A DNA stretch of 63,745 bases, the filler included, from Octopus bimaculoides (lineage: Eukaryota), in assembly GCF_001194135.2 (NCBI RefSeq). It is 4 parts of 4 records of this genome, joined end to end, with 100 filler letters (N's around TTAATTAATTAA, not from the genome) between each part and the next. Parts side by side here need not be neighbours in the genome. Positions count along the whole stretch, not along the records: positions 40,846 to 58,827 come from NC_068986.1; positions 58,928 to 63,745 come from NC_068994.1; 2 more parts are not named here. One strand, written 5' to 3'. This document shows, one piece after another, positions 51,701 to 63,745 of this stretch. Made by a program: the position numbers and the translations under genes. The notes under the pieces were generated by a model that had not been told where the DNA came from, did not search any database, and saw nothing but the letters and a program-made list of their open reading frames with translations. How positions within the stretch are numbered: the first letter of the stretch is position 1; the number at the start of each line of letters is the position of its first letter.

Positions 51701-52584
51701 GGTACCTGAACGTCTTTCTGGCACTGAGAAAAGTGATGACCTCTTTCCGATTTGTGTGTGTGCGTGTTTGTGTGCGTGTGTATGCGTGTGAGAGAGAGAG
51801 TGTGTGTATGTTTGTGTGTGTTTATGTGTGTGTGTGTGTACGTGTGTATGTGTGTGTTGCAGGATATCTTTCTAGGCTTGTTTTTGTGATCAATAGTGGT
51901 TATAAACTAAGTAATAGAAACAATATATCGAAAAGAGTCTGATATTTTTATATGAGTTTATAAAATTGCTTTATTCATCGTTAAATTTTTAAGAATTTAT
52001 GGGGGCAAACATGTCATTGAATTATTTATTTACTTGGAATGAAGGAAAATAATTATAAAGGAAAAGTAGAACACTATGGGATAATAGTTACAGAGAAAAT
52101 TTAACAAATTCCTGGAGCAAAATTTGAAGACCGTTGCATTCTTTATTTAGATAAAGGTCAACAATTCAAGGGTAAGTTATAGACATAAGTTTATAGTAAA
52201 TTCTGAAAATACTACCGTTAACTTTGATATCTGCGTCAAATCTGGTAATACTTAGTTCATTTATTGACTTGAATTTAAAGAGTGACACACGTTTTAAGTT
52301 GAAATGAAGGAAGCTTACTTGATATGAAGATATTCCAATTATTACATGTGTGAATATATTTTCGAGAAGTTAAAACTTGAATCGATAAAGGTAAATCAGA
52401 ACCTGTGTGACTGATCTATATTTATGGGTTATAGAGTTTAGCTAAGTTGAAGAAATTTGTGAAGTTATACGAAATTGAAAAGTCTAAGAGTCGTAAGAAT
52501 ATTGTTGAATTGAAATAAGGATAGATTGAGTGAAAATGATAAATAATTGCAATCATTAAACATAAGGGACAGTAGGTAACTTAA

Positions 52585-52771
52585 GAGTCTTTTCTACCAT
52601 AGGCACAAGGCCTAAAACTGTGTGGGAGGATACTAGCCGATACTTGCTTGATCACGAAAGGATGAAAGGCAAAGTCGACCTTGACAGGATTTGAACTCAG
52701 AACATAAAGACGGTTGAAATACTGCTAAGCATTTTACCCGGGGTGCTAACGATCCTCCCAGCTCGCTGTCT
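52585..52771 (-). mobile_element. SINE family A with TSD
   Basis: 12-bp direct repeat TAGGTAACTTAA at 52573-52584 and 52772-52783. Confidence 0.85.
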
Positions 52772-52791
52772 TAGGTAACTTAAAAATATTT

Positions 52792-52953
52792 AGTTTCAAA
52801 TTTTGGCACAAGCCCAGCAATTTCGGGTAAAAGCCTAATCGATTACATAGACCCCAGTGCTCAGCAAATACTTATTCTATTGTTCACGAAAGTGGACCTC
52901 AGCAGAACTTGAACTCAGAACGTAAAGACGGACGAAATGACACTAAGCATTTT
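52792..52953 (-). mobile_element. SINE family A, partial
   Basis: Tail and B-box region present; head truncated. Confidence 0.8.
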
Positions 52954-53372
52954 GTACTGGACGGACGTAATCGGGCAAACATTCATGTGAAAGTATCTAC
53001 ATGCTCATATCTACCGAGAAACCAGATAACAGCGTGATAAAATATTGCAACATTTCCTTATACAAGTAATGAAAGTAAAATAAGTATGGAATGGAAGGCG
53101 TTGAAAATACATCTTAATATAAAAATACAAGAGGAGAGAAAGGTATACAATGGGTTGACCTAGTCTTGCACAAATGCAAAGCTTTATAATAACATGCAAA
53201 TAGACATAATGCATGCACAAACGTAAACTATACATAACTTACATGCACCACATCTAATACATGTGTGTATATGTATGTCTGTATATCTGTATGTTTGTGT
53301 GTGCATTTATTCTATTAGTGATTATAAATACATTTATGCATACGTGTATATACACACACACATATATGTATG

Positions 53373-53411
<39 letters not shown>

Positions 53412-55095
53412 NNNNNNNNNNNNNNNNNNNNNNNNNNNNNNNNNNNNNNNNNNNNNNNNNNNNNNNNNNNNNNNNNNNNNNNNNNNNNNNNNNNNNNNNN
53501 NNNNNNNNNNNNNNNNNNNNNNNNNNNNNNNNNNNNNNNNNNNNNNNNNNNNNNNNNNNNNNNNNNNNNNNNNNNNNNNNNNNNNNNNNNNNNNNNNNNN
53601 NNNNNNNNNNNNNNNNNNNNNNNNNNNNNNNNNNNNNNNNNNNNNNNNNNNNNNNNNNNNNNNNNNNNNNNNNNNNNNNNNNNNNNNNNNNNNNNNNNNN
53701 NNNNNNNNNNNNNNNNNNNNNNNNNNNNNNNNNNNNNNATATATATATATATATATACACACATACCGCAGGCTACTCATCAGGCTAATCTATATATCTA
53801 TATTACATCAAAGATGAACTTCAGTCTTGCTTGGTTATTTGCAATGTTACACAGCCAAACTGACGCATAATGGGAAAATACTATGAATTAAGGTTCTCCT
53901 GAAATCTGAATACAAACAGATTAAAACAAGTTTCGCCAAAATCGAACCAGTGGTTCTTGATATATTGGGGTATAAATACCCAAAACTGTGCATAATGGTG
54001 AAATACTCCGAAAATAACTTAACCCTGAAAGGGAAAAAACTCTAACTTTTTGATTAGACACATTACTTTCAATGCTTTGAAAGTACGGTACCATTGAAAT
54101 GTTAATACACACGGAATAACAGAAGTTTCGCGTAAATCGGACTTTGGATTCCAGAGATATACGGTTTTATCGGGTACCTTGAACTATTGATGACCCAACA
54201 GGTCACGGGTAGTCTACTATATATATAGGGTGGAAACAAAGAAAATGGAGAAGAAAAGGATGTAATTAATAGTTTATTTGTAGGTTACAAAGATGACAGT
54301 TTTTTTTTAAAAAAACGTAATAGTACAAATAAATTGATTACAAGCTGAAAGCTCAAAAAAAAAATTAAAATAAGAAAAAGGAACCTACATATATGTTTCA
54401 GTCCTATCGCATACGAATTAACTGTATGTTAATTGGCGCCTGATGAACATACCCATGTACGGAAACCTTGAAGCATGACTGATGACTTGCGCTGTGATTT
54501 TGTTTAAAGTGTAAAGTGTAGTACCACACCATGAGTCACACTCTCTCGTTCGTGGCCATCTTCAATCCAATGGCAAGATTAGGTCAAGGCGACTGAGGAA
54601 GGAGATGGACGCAGTAAATGGCAAAGATGTCTTACTTGCCACATCTTGCTCTCTACATTCCATAATGCATTGCTGCAGACGCCTTCCTCTACGTTGAACC
54701 GTGAAGGTTTCCTCTGCAGAGTCCGCCGGCTTCAGTCTTCACAAGAATAGATAGGCAAGCCCTTGCCTAAAGGATAGCTCGTAAGCTCATCTTCAAGTGT
54801 TGTAGTGTTTGCAACAATTCTGAAACAGCATCTGCAGCGTCGTCCTGGGTGTGTGAGATACGCTCTAGTGTGTTGTGTGCCGATGATTTATTTAAAGCCA
54901 GAAACCGATCTCAGTTGACGTATTTCTGCTTCTAAACCAATTGATAAAGTGGAGTGTCGGTAACAGTAGTTTAAACTACAGCTCCTATAGCCAGTCGTTT
55001 AACCCCTTCTCATGTTGACCAGAACTCGGTACAGAACACAGCTTAACTTTATTAATACATTTGTAAGTGTTCATTATAGAATGGAAAATAATTGT

Positions 55096-55315
55096 CTCAA
55101 AGTTTTGGTACACCGCCAGCAATTTTAGGTGGTGTGGAAGGATAGTCGATTGCCTCGAGCTAAGAGATCAACTGGTACTCATTTTATCAACTCCCGGAAA
55201 GATCAAACACAAAGTCGACCTCGCCAGTATTTGAACACAAGACATAAATAGCCGGAAGATATGCTGCTAAGCATTTTAAATGGTGTGCTAACGATTCTGC
55301 CAGCTTGCCGCTTTA
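55096..55315 (-). mobile_element. SINE family A
   Basis: Full diverged copy. Confidence 0.85.
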
Positions 55316-56513
55316 AAATGGAAAATTATAAGCATGTATCGTTGCCTACCATACAATTTCTTCTTAAAGCTACATATTTCACTCGGACTGCAACAGAGGG
55401 AAAAAATTAACGACGCCACATCCTGTTTCGTCTTCTATGAAATATTTTGAACGTTTATTTGTATTATCATGAAACTTTTAACTTTAACAATTTTATTTAT
55501 GGTTTTCCGTTCTAGTTTAAGTTCAAAACCTAGAACTTAGTGCATGTTACTCCATGTAGTGAAAAATCTTGTTTTGTGTCTGACTTCAATTATTAGTTTC
55601 AAAGCTGAAGTTATGTGTGTATGGATTTCTCTTTATATAACAACAAAAGTTATATTTTCATAACATAACCTACATTTCAGAGGTCAGTCACTAAAGTTAC
55701 TCAGAGTTATTGAATTATTCTTTTGACACCCCCATTCTAACTGCCGACTTTTGCAGATATTATTTCAGCTAACCGGTGCACTACGCTGCATAAAGATTAC
55801 ACACTGAATTTCTTTCTACATATGTGTAACTTATTTTTATTTTTATATTATTTTCAGATAGTTTCTTTTATCAAAAAATGTGACTAAGATCAACTGGTAA
55901 GATGAACCATTCGTGAAAATAATCCAGTATGCAATGTAAATTCCTTAAATATATATATTTATGTCATATGTTTTCTATAAACAAAATGTTTGCTTTTGAC
56001 AATGCGTCAAAAGCATTTGTAGGGAACGAACTGGGCGGCCTTGAAATGATGGGTTTTCTATTTAAAGAGATCAGTTAAAGAAGCAAACTAACCAAAATTT
56101 GTCCTCCACTTCTTCCCAAGTCACCTATCGCTGTTCATACAAACAAAAATGCATGCATGTGTAGAATTACTTTAAAAAACTGGCTTTACAATTATTATCA
56201 AAATACAGACTTGAGGTGTTAAGTTCGCTTCTGCTTTACTATTAACCAACTGATAAGTTAATTGAATATAGAAATGAACTACAAGCAATGCATGTGTTTT
56301 ATTAGCCCGAGGGTACTATCAATACCACCAGAAATTGCAGTAACATCTTTTTTTTTATGTAAAATTTTTTTATGTAAGATTTTTCAGTCAGGAATTTTGC
56401 AAAACAAACACAAAAACAATATGTGCATGTGTGAGTGTGTGCGCCGGCACACACACGTGTTTATGTTTGTATATGTTTATATAGAAATAGATAGAGGGAG
56501 ACAGAGAGAAAAA

Positions 56514-56629
<116 letters not shown>

Positions 56630-57269
56630 AAGATGGCTTCTATTTATGTTTATATAGTCATGTGCAACAAAATGCCTGTCCAGCAATTAAAACAAATTTC
56701 ACTGAGCATAGACATGATTAAGTGCACTGCTTCCCCCACTCTAGTGGCTCGGAGTTGATCCTCATCAGACGAACAACAAACACACAAAGCTAGTTTAACT
56801 ATCCTTAAATTAGTAAGTCTTTTCAAAGAAACATTTCCTAAAGACGAAATAGAATATTTCGATGCACGGAACACAGCTTGTCAGTTTGATTGGTTCCGAT
56901 AATGAAGTCCTCTTGACTTTTATCCTGTCTGGAATCAAAAAAAAAGAAATAATAATAAATTCTGCTAAAATGACATATAATGCAAATGATTGAAAACATT
57001 GAAAGAAAACACAGGCCGAGTAAGGGGAGAGAGGGGTGGGCAAACAGACAGACGGACAGACAGAGAACGGAATATTAAGATAAATGTCTTCGAGTGACCT
57101 TTTATCAAAAAATAAAAGTTAAATGAAATTCACTCTGACGAATAATTACAGCCAAGAACTTCAGGCACCATATGCACGCATACGCACTTCACAAGACAGA
57201 TATGCACTCATAAATACGTTTAAACTCACAAACGTAAGTACTCACAGATACAAACACACATGCACGCAC

Positions 57270-57279
57270 ACGCGCGCTC

Positions 57280-57328
<49 letters not shown>

Positions 57329-57486
57329 TACATACATACATACATACATACATACATACATGCACATATGCAAGGGAGAAAAAAGAGGAGTAATGTGAAG
57401 TAAACAAGAGTGAAATAGTATGAATGAAAAGGGAAGATATTTTATCAGAATAAGTTGGGAATTATTTGTAGATATAACACACACAC

Positions 57487-57532
<46 letters not shown>

Positions 57533-57607
57533 NNNNNNNNNNNNNNNNNNNNNNACGCACACACACACACACACACACACAGATATACAGAGGGAATATA
57601 GATAGAG

Positions 57608-57697
<90 letters not shown>

Positions 57698-57930
57698 GCA
57701 ATACACAAGCACACAATCCCTCATACACACATATGTATGTGCATACATACATATATATGTATATATGTATGTATATAAACGTACAAACACACACATACAT
57801 ATATGTGTATGAAACGTATATACAGTACATCTGTGTGTGCGTGTGTACATGTGTGTGTGTGTGTGTGAGTGTGTGCATGTGTGTGTGCGCGCGCGTGAGT
57901 GTGTGTGTGTGTGTGTGAGCGCGCGTACAC
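57270..57930. repeat. Compound (CA)n/(ATAC)n/(GATA)n/(GT)n
   Basis: Directly visible. Confidence 0.95.
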
Positions 57931-58790
57931 ATGTAGAGCTTCTTAGTACATGTATTAAGCGAAATGTTACCTGGGGCACAATTCTTTGAAAACGTTCAAG
58001 TTGTGTTACTTTGGATTGTCAAAGGTTTCGCAGTTTTTGATATACGGTAAAACCTTGAAAACTAAGAGAAAAGTAAGCAAAGTATAATCTGCTCAGAATT
58101 AGAATTAGTAACAGCATCTGTAAAAGTTTCTGAGGTTTTTGATAAAGAAAAATAAATGAAAGAAACTGAATAAAATCAAAAGATACCAAATCAAAGATAC
58201 CGAATAGAAATAACCATTATAGGATAGTTGGACATTATTACGTTGCCTATTATGAAATATTATGAAATGAAATACGAAGGAACAGATCAGTTGATATAAA
58301 CAGATTATGTGAAAGTCGAATGTTAGAGTGTTTAAGTGGGTGCTTATACATTGCCAACATTTTAGTACAGTATGTATTTACAAAGTGGTGACATTTCGCG
58401 AAGAACGCAGATCTTATAATTTGGTTATTCACGGAACTGTAGAGGTTATTCAATATAAGTCTCTTTTCAGTTGCATGTAAGTTGCACTTATTGTTATGTT
58501 AATCTATGGTCTGGATCCCTTTAACATTATCCCGTGTGATTTCAAAAATCAGCATTACGTTCTTTCAGATACCACGTATAATTCGAGTACGTTGTTCCTA
58601 TATGTCTAATGAGTGATATGTAATTGATATAACGTTGTTGAAACCTACATTACATCATACTGCTGTAGTAGTTCTTCAGACGTATAGAGAGGAAGGGAAG
58701 AATAACTCAAGTGGACTAATGTTAACGTATAAATAAAAAGATGTGTGAGTGTATACATGTGTAGATAGATAGATAGATAGATAGATAGAG

Positions 58791-58827
<37 letters not shown>

Positions 58828-58871
58828 NNNNNNNNNNNNNNNNNNNNNNNNNNNNNNNNNNNNNNNNNNNN

Positions 58872-58883
58872 TTAATTAATTAA
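58872..58883. other. Artificial six-frame-stop scaffold linker
   Basis: Same 44+12+44 structure. Confidence 0.95.
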
Positions 58884-59113
58884 NNNNNNNNNNNNNNNNN
58901 NNNNNNNNNNNNNNNNNNNNNNNNNNNATATATATATATATGGGGGGGGGTGTATGTATGTATATTTGCACATAATATACATATAAGAGTTACTTCCCTT
59001 TGGTGTTTATTTTCGTTAGTTTCAATTTGACATGAGTTGCTCCCCTTGAATGTTAGCGTTGAGATGCTCTTTTAAAATTTTTTTTTTCTATACAATTTTG
59101 TTGTATACATTGG

Positions 59114-59159
59114 CTGAAGATGGTAATCCATCTTTGTGGGTTATCTGAAACTCGGAGTA
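59114..59159 (+). ncRNA. Decayed copy of the 37.5-kb hammerhead-like family
   Basis: CTGAAGA...GAAACTCGGAGTA shares the GAAACTCGGAGT motif with 37621-37632. Helix I is lost. Confidence 0.35.
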
Positions 59160-59493
59160 AGATTTTATGAAAACAATTCACTGTATCCTGATATTGTAAT
59201 GATTAATTACACTACCCTCTATATTTGATGTATTGAGGTCTACGTCTATGAATTTGTTTTGAAAGATTCCTGATGTGAAATCATGTTGGAACAGATATTG
59301 TTATATTTCGGGATGGTCTTTTTTTTTTGCCAAATAGGCAAACGCACTATATATTCGTTCTTCACTCGTTTATTATTGTTCTTATTTTATGATATGTTCA
59401 TTGTCTGGAAATCTTTCCTCGCACATCTGTGACCGCTTCAGTGATTCTTCCATCCACGTGTATCCTCCTATTCTGTTTAATCCATTCTGCTTG

Positions 59494-59588
59494 GCACCTT
59501 GGGCAACTATCTTTTGCTATAGCCTCAGGTGGACCAAAGCCTTGTGAGTGGATTTTTGGTAGATGAAACCTAAAAGAAGCCTGTTGTG
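59494..59588 (+). mobile_element. SINE family B fragment
   Basis: GGCACCTTGGGCAA...AAAGCCTTGTGAGTGGATT. Confidence 0.75.
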
Positions 59589-60097
59589 AAAGAAACGAGT
59601 ACCGGGCTTTCGGTAACAGTTAGCACAACTCTAAAATTGTTAGATATTTTATGGGGCACATTAGAATTGATATATTTCAGTTATGTATGCCTGGTACTTG
59701 CTTACACTCTCCAACAAATTTATTGGAGGTAAATACTCTCCTCTCTACCCAAGCATTCCCCGCATACTATACTATAGTATACTATAAAGGCACACGTGTA
59801 GTAAATTACAATGCTGACGCGCTTGTATCTTAAAACGCACAAACATATACACTCACACATGTTCGCATAATACAGGAAATATAATTGTGTTCGGGCTCAA
59901 TTTCTTTTTATTAAAGTTCATATTTTCTTATTAGTCCTGTGCATTTACTCTGGAACAATAATGTTCCAAAAATCGTTAATATTTACAAACTTTCTCTCAT
60001 CTCTCATCTCTCATCTTCTGAGTGAATTAACAGGGCATTGTAGTCACAATTTGTAGTAAGTAGCCACAATTTGTAGTAAGCGGAAAGGAATCACGAG

Positions 60098-60270
60098 ACC
60101 AATGTACAGGGAATGACAGTGAGAGTTGAGGATATAGCAGATTACATTGCAGGTGAATGAATAGGTGATGTGGTAGGGGCAGCGGTTGGTGCCAGTGAGG
60201 ATAGTGGTGTTGGAGAGGCAGGGGCAGGTGTAGGTGAGAGCAAACGAAGAAGCCAGGGTGAGTTCAGGAG
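60098..60270 (-). mobile_element. Penelope-like element, GIY-YIG endonuclease fragment
   Basis: TCPCLSNTTILTGTNRCPYHITYSFTCNVICYILNSHCHSLYIG resembles PLE ITDHFTCTSANVIYCITC..C..LYIG. Confidence 0.75.
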
Positions 60271-61132
60271 CGGGAAAGAAGCTAGGGTATAATACTCAAA
60301 TAATATAGTACTCAAATGGGTGCAATCTTTGCTTCGCCGAATCGTGCAGAATTCTTTAATGTCTACGTAATGTCCTTAATAAATCTCAGGAACTTAGATA
60401 GAAATTCTTACATATTAGAAGCACATTTAGATATTCAAAGCATGTTATTTTAGCCACTTCTAATAACATCCCTCAACTTTTATCTATACCCTCTAACGTA
60501 GTTGTGTACATTATCTAGGGCTGTAGGTATCGTCTGAGTAATATGTTACTCTGTATAATAGGACTTCTAATAATAGGACGTTCTAATTTCACTAATCCAC
60601 TAAATCTTCATCTCTTAAATAGTGAAATATTTGATAGTCCAGCGTATGACTGCCAATCTCAAAGTGTATTATATGTTTATTATATCTTATTTAATGTATT
60701 ATTGCTTGATATCATATTTTGATTTATAGCTATATGTTTTATATATAACTATAAAAATTAGGGCCGTGTGTATAAGTGTAGATGGTTATATGGGTGCATG
60801 TGTGCGTGCCTCACATATGTATATGTGCGTGTATGTGTGTGTGTATTTATATATGGACAGATATATATGTGTCTATATATATGCATATATGTATATATGC
60901 ATATATGTATATATGCATATATGTATATATGTGTATATATAATATAACAAGATTCAGTTGAATAACGTACTTAAAGTTGAGGCACCTAGTTATATGATTG
61001 AGTGAATATATACACATGTATATATGCGTGTATAAGTATCTATGAATGTATATGCTTATAAATTGAGGATATAATCATTAAAATGATTATACCAGTGGCC
61101 AGAATATAAGAAACATCATATCGGTAAAATCA

Positions 61133-61383
61133 ATATTTAAGTATATAATTATAAATATACAATTATAATTAAGAGCGCTAGAGGGCACTTGGTATGTTTA
61201 CGAGGAAATGGATGAGAAGATTTATAAAATGTTGGACGTCCGTATTCTCACATTCAGCCTTGTGCAAAAAAGAATAAATTTAGAGTGGTTTGAAGATATT
61301 TGATATCTACTTCTAGCGTATTGGTGTTGTACCTCCAGCGTCCTTAATTATAATTATATATTTATAATTATATACTTAAATAT
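61133..61383. mobile_element. MITE-like element with about 50-bp TIRs
   Basis: 61133-61183 is a near-perfect reverse complement of 61333-61383 (TATTTAAGTATATAATTATAAATAT...). Confidence 0.7.
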
Positions 61384-61677
61384 GAATATATATATATAGC
61401 TATGGGTATACACTAGTGTATATATGAGTTCGCATACATGCATATATCTGCGCGCGCGCGTGTGTGTACATATGTATATGTTTATACGTGAGTACATGTT
61501 TATGTACAGGCATCTATATAACTATGTATATAAGTCTATGAGTATATGTACGCATATGGGCGTATGTATATTTGATTATGTACGTGTATGTGAGTGTATG
61601 CTGATGTGCACGTGCATATATATACACAAACTTGATTAGGTGTGAGTGTGTGTGTATGGATGTATGTATAGTGTATA

Positions 61678-62505
61678 CGAGGTTTGATTAATAAGTATCC
61701 AGACTGTTACCATAGTAACGAAGCTAAAGCATGCAGAGTGAAGCTGCTTGGCAAAAATTGACCTTGAACTCTTCTGTGCATGTTTTAACAGTCTAGCTGT
61801 TTACAGCAGTGCTTGGAAGGAACGTGTGTAGCGTGTGATCGTCGCATTGAGCATGACAGAGAAAGTTATCATGGCAATACCTGCTCCGAGGGCTACACAA
61901 ATTTGCAGAAAATGTATGGAGAGGAGTGTATGAGCCGCACACAAGTGTACAAGTGGTTCAGACGTTTCCAAGATGGCCGAAAAAATGTCGATATTGACGA
62001 ACGTTCTGGGAGTCCCGCAACCAGCAAAACTGATAGAAACATCACAGAATCACCATCCATAACTTATCAGAAAATGTGGAGATTAGTTACGGTTCAGTTC
62101 AGTCCATATTTGGGTATGAGACGCGTGTCTGCCAAGTTTGTGCCAAAACTGCTTTCAGCTGACCAAGAAGACACTCGGGTTGCAGTTGCACAAGATCTTG
62201 ATTGTGTCGAGAACGATGAAACATTTTGAAAACTTTGCATAGGCCTCTGAGCAGGTATCGCCAAGCTTTTGGCATAATTTTATGTAGATTCTCTGCTCAA
62301 CTTTCTCTGCTATGGTCAATGCGACGATCTCACGCTACACACCTTCCTTCCAAGCACTGCTGTAAACAGCGAAAGTGAGTAGAACGCTAAAACTAAATGA
62401 AGATGCACAGCAGAGTTCAAGGTCAATCTGTGCGACGCGGCTTCACCCTGCATGTTTTAGCTTCATTACTACGGCAACAGTCCGGATATTTTATGATCAC
62501 ATACT
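61678..62505 (+). mobile_element. Mariner derivative with long inverted arms
   Basis: TA-flanked. ORF MSRTQVYKWFRRFQDGRKNVDIDERSG..MRRVSAKFVPKLL. 62221-62505 is an inverted copy of 61678-61915. Confidence 0.9.
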
Positions 62506-62887
62506 TAATAATCATATGTAAAAGTATATGTTTATAGGTGTGTGTGTGTATTAGCGTTGAGGGGATGGCAGCAGTTTATGTCTTTCTTCCCAGAAGTCTG
62601 AGGCTTTATCTCAATGAACTTCCTAGATATGCTTTGAATGACCATGCCTGCACCTGCTAACTTTCCACAGTGGATCAAGACTATAAACTAATTGAGATAA
62701 CACGGAAGCATTTTGCTCCAAAATGCCAATATGAGAATTCTTTCATGGTAACTAACGCAATATAATTTGTTCCAAAAAACATCCTCGTTCAAGTGGGAAA
62801 TAAATATTACCTCTCAGTATTAATACTGCCTCTGTAACTAATGTATATTTTTTAACAAGCTGTTCTCTGTTCTCACACTATCTATAT

Positions 62888-63088
62888 AGGCGCAGGCGTG
62901 GCTGCATGGTATGAAGCTTGCCTCACAATTACATGGTTCCGGGTTCAGTCCCACTGCGTGGCACCTTGGGAAAGTGTCTTCTACTATAGCCTAGGTCCGA
63001 CCAAAGCCTTACGAGAGGATTCGGTAGACGCAAACTGAAANNNNNNNNNNNNNNNNNNNNNNNNNNNNNNNNNNNNNNNNNNNNNNNN

Positions 63089-63141
<53 letters not shown>

Positions 63142-63303
63142 ACATATACATACATGTGTGTGTATGTGTGTGTGTGTGTTTGTCCCGCTTGACAACCGGT
63201 GTTGGTGTGTTTACTCACCCGTAACTTAGCGGTTCGGCAAAAGAAGTTGATAGAGGAAATACCAGGCTTAAAATGGTACTGGAGCGGATTCGTTCGACTA
63301 AAA
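62888..63303 (+). mobile_element. SINE family B, near full length
   Basis: Head, internal microsatellite (gapped) and 3' part; abuts the Helitron fragment. Confidence 0.9.
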
Positions 63304-63304
63304 G

Positions 63305-63701
63305 AAGGACGTAGGCATCATGCTTCTCTGAAACTTGGATCAGTCAAGATTGTGCAATGGTACACGTATGGTTGTGACTACAGCCTCACATTATCGAAGC
63401 AAAAATCCTCACTAGATGTGGTAAGGGAGACATCGTATTTATACCTAGAATACTGCTAATACTAATACATGTCCCATTTTGTTTCAAACGATTGCAATTC
63501 CCAGTGAGAGTCAGTTATTCATTGACCATTAACAAGTCCCAAGGTCAAACATTGCAGGTTGTCGCTCTCCATCTACAAGAGGGCTGCTTTTCACATGGTC
63601 AATTGTATGTAGCTTGTCCCAGAGTAGGAAGCCTACAGAAATTCTTCATATATGTTCCAAAGAAAAATGTTATAAGCATTGTAGATACTGAAGTTCTGTA
63701 A
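63305..63701 (+). mobile_element. Helitron PIF1-type helicase, C-terminal fragment
   Basis: IMLL*NLD..LCNGTRM, (frameshift) IEAKILTRCGKGDIVFIPRI, FKRLQFPVRVSYSLTINKSQGQTL..FSHGQLYVACPRV. Confidence 0.9.
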
Positions 63702-63745
63702 ATGTTTTATAATTTTCGTACAGTGCATTTCTCTATTATCTATAT

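Noticed and set aside
54380-54490. CTGATGA...GGAAAC (plus) and GAAACATATATGTA (minus) hammerhead-like halves
   Set aside because: The halves do not assemble on one strand with helix I and a GUH site.
54880-54920. CCGATGA...GAAACCGATC
   Set aside because: Two core mismatches and no convincing helices.
56735-56775. Minus-strand CTGATGA-GGA..TCC-GAG hammerhead-like start
   Set aside because: Lacks GAAA, the cleavage triplet and helix I.
58330-58480. VTFREERRSYNLVIHGTVEV resembling a cNMP-binding strand
   Set aside because: Short, with no splice support and no PBC motif.

Overview
AT-rich, microsatellite-saturated eukaryotic DNA. The SINE families, repeat content and assembly style point to a cephalopod, most likely Octopus (inference from memory, no search run). 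Three artificial 100-bp joins (44 N + TTAATTAATTAA + 44 N) cut the window into four independently assembled blocks: 1-30695, 30796-40745, 40846-58827 and 58928-63745. The only clean coding feature is a single orphan exon (34195-34399, +) resembling the end of the HMG box of Polybromo-1/PBRM1. Nearly all ORF-track entries are microsatellite or N-gap artefacts, or transposon relics. Relics seen: two hAT-type and two mariner DNA transposons, a Helitron helicase, R4/Dong, RTE and jockey/CR1-group LINEs, a Penelope GIY-YIG fragment, and about 25 tRNA-derived SINE copies. Two less expected signals: (1) a chain of stop-riddled plus-strand pseudo-exons across 1.7-25.8 kb whose motifs follow the order of a dynein heavy chain C-terminal half (AAA5, AAA6, lid, C-sequence), suggesting a decayed DNHD1-like gene; (2) several type I hammerhead-ribozyme-like motifs, one inside a 173-bp palindrome. 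All protein-family assignments are by-eye motif matches and need database confirmation.
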